This document shows positions 46,758 through 47,428 of a stretch of DNA of 47,428 nucleotides, one piece after another. The translations under genes were made by a program, and so were the position numbers. Positions within the stretch are counted from its first letter, which is position 1, and every line of letters begins with the position of its first letter. The notes under the pieces were generated by a model. That model saw only the letters and a list, made by a program, of their open reading frames with translations. It ran no database searches and was not told the DNA's origin. Source of the stretch: a virus. Lineage: Duplodnaviria > Heunggongvirae > Uroviricota > Caudoviricetes. Location of the stretch: IMG/VR virus record IMGVR_UViG_2574180238_000003. One strand, given 5' to 3'.

Positions 46758-47428
46758 TGCATATCAGAAATTTTTCGTATTACACCCCGGCGGAGCCGGA
46801 TGTTGCAGGCGCGATGTACCTGAAGTCTGAGGATGGTCAGGACTGGTATGAGTGTCAGGCGTTGTTTTCGCCGGAGACGCTGAAGGTGGTGTATGACAGC
46901 CGGGGTGTGATTACGGGATACGGTAAGGAGACTGCCTTGTTGTGGCCGGTGAACCAGAGTGTGGCAGAAGTGCCGGATACCCCGGAGAGCCGGAAAATTG
47001 ACCTGAGCGGGCGCTGGGGCTTTGACGGGGAGAAAATCACGGACCTGCTGACCGCGGAGAAAGCGCGCGGGATGAAGGGCGATGAAATTAACGCCTGGCG
47101 TAATGCGATGGAAGCGGCGAACTACACGTTTGAGCACAATGGGCGTAAATGGGACTACGGGAAGTCAACGCAGACGCGTCTTGAGCCGTCGGTGGCTGCA
47201 GCGAAAGCGGGGAAACTGCCGGAGGCGTTTTTCTGGACGGATGCGGAAAACAATGATGTGCCGGTGACAGCAGAAGAGCTTATTGCGCTGAGTGAAGCGG
47301 CAGAGCAGGCGATGTTCACTAAAGGGATGGAAATCCACATTCGCCAGCGCACCATGAAGAAGGACCTGGAATCGCTGAGCAGTGCGGATGAGATCCTGGC
47401 ATACAGGGTTGGCTGGGCACAGGAATAA
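46754..47428 (+). CDS. Putative tail fibre assembly/chaperone protein
   Basis: 224-aa ORF immediately after stf, ending with a stop at the window edge; assignment by position only. Confidence 0.4.
   Translation: MMHIRNFSYYTPAEPDVAGAMYLKSEDGQDWYECQALFSPETLKVVYDSRGVITGYGKETALLWPVNQSVAEVPDTPESRKIDLSGRWGFDGEKITDLLTAEKARGMKGDEINAWRNAMEAANYTFEHNGRKWDYGKSTQTRLEPSVAAAKAGKLPEAFFWTDAENNDVPVTAEELIALSEAAEQAMFTKGMEIHIRQRTMKKDLESLSSADEILAYRVGWAQE

Overview
This window is a near-complete lambdoid prophage of Escherichia/Shigella type, read left to right in prophage orientation. It runs: integrase and excisionase (1-1366, minus strand), a leftward early operon (RecE-family exonuclease, DicB-like inhibitor, DicF-like sRNA), a RacR / YdaS / YdaT-type immunity region with palindromic operators (5.8-7.3 kb), a replication and nin-like region with a Hok toxin, a DUF968 protein, RusA and antiterminator Q (7.9-13.7 kb), then an accessory block (DNA methyltransferase, two tRNAs, a TolA-domain-III-like lipoprotein, an AraC-family regulator, four paralogous structured repeats, NanS-p-type esterase). 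After that come the lysis cassette (holin, SAR endolysin, Rz/Rz1), a convergent two-gene moron, a lambda-like cos site, and a lambda-type head and tail module from Nu1 to J with a side tail fibre. The most promising candidates for an undescribed system are the convergent, 3'-overlapping gene pair at 23230-24859 (one member has a PD-(D/E)xK-like nuclease motif), the lipoprotein carrying a TolA C-terminal-domain mimic, and the four-copy structured RNA-like repeat family at 16.3-19.1 kb. All protein assignments rest on recalled similarity to known phage proteins and motifs read from the translations; no database search was run.
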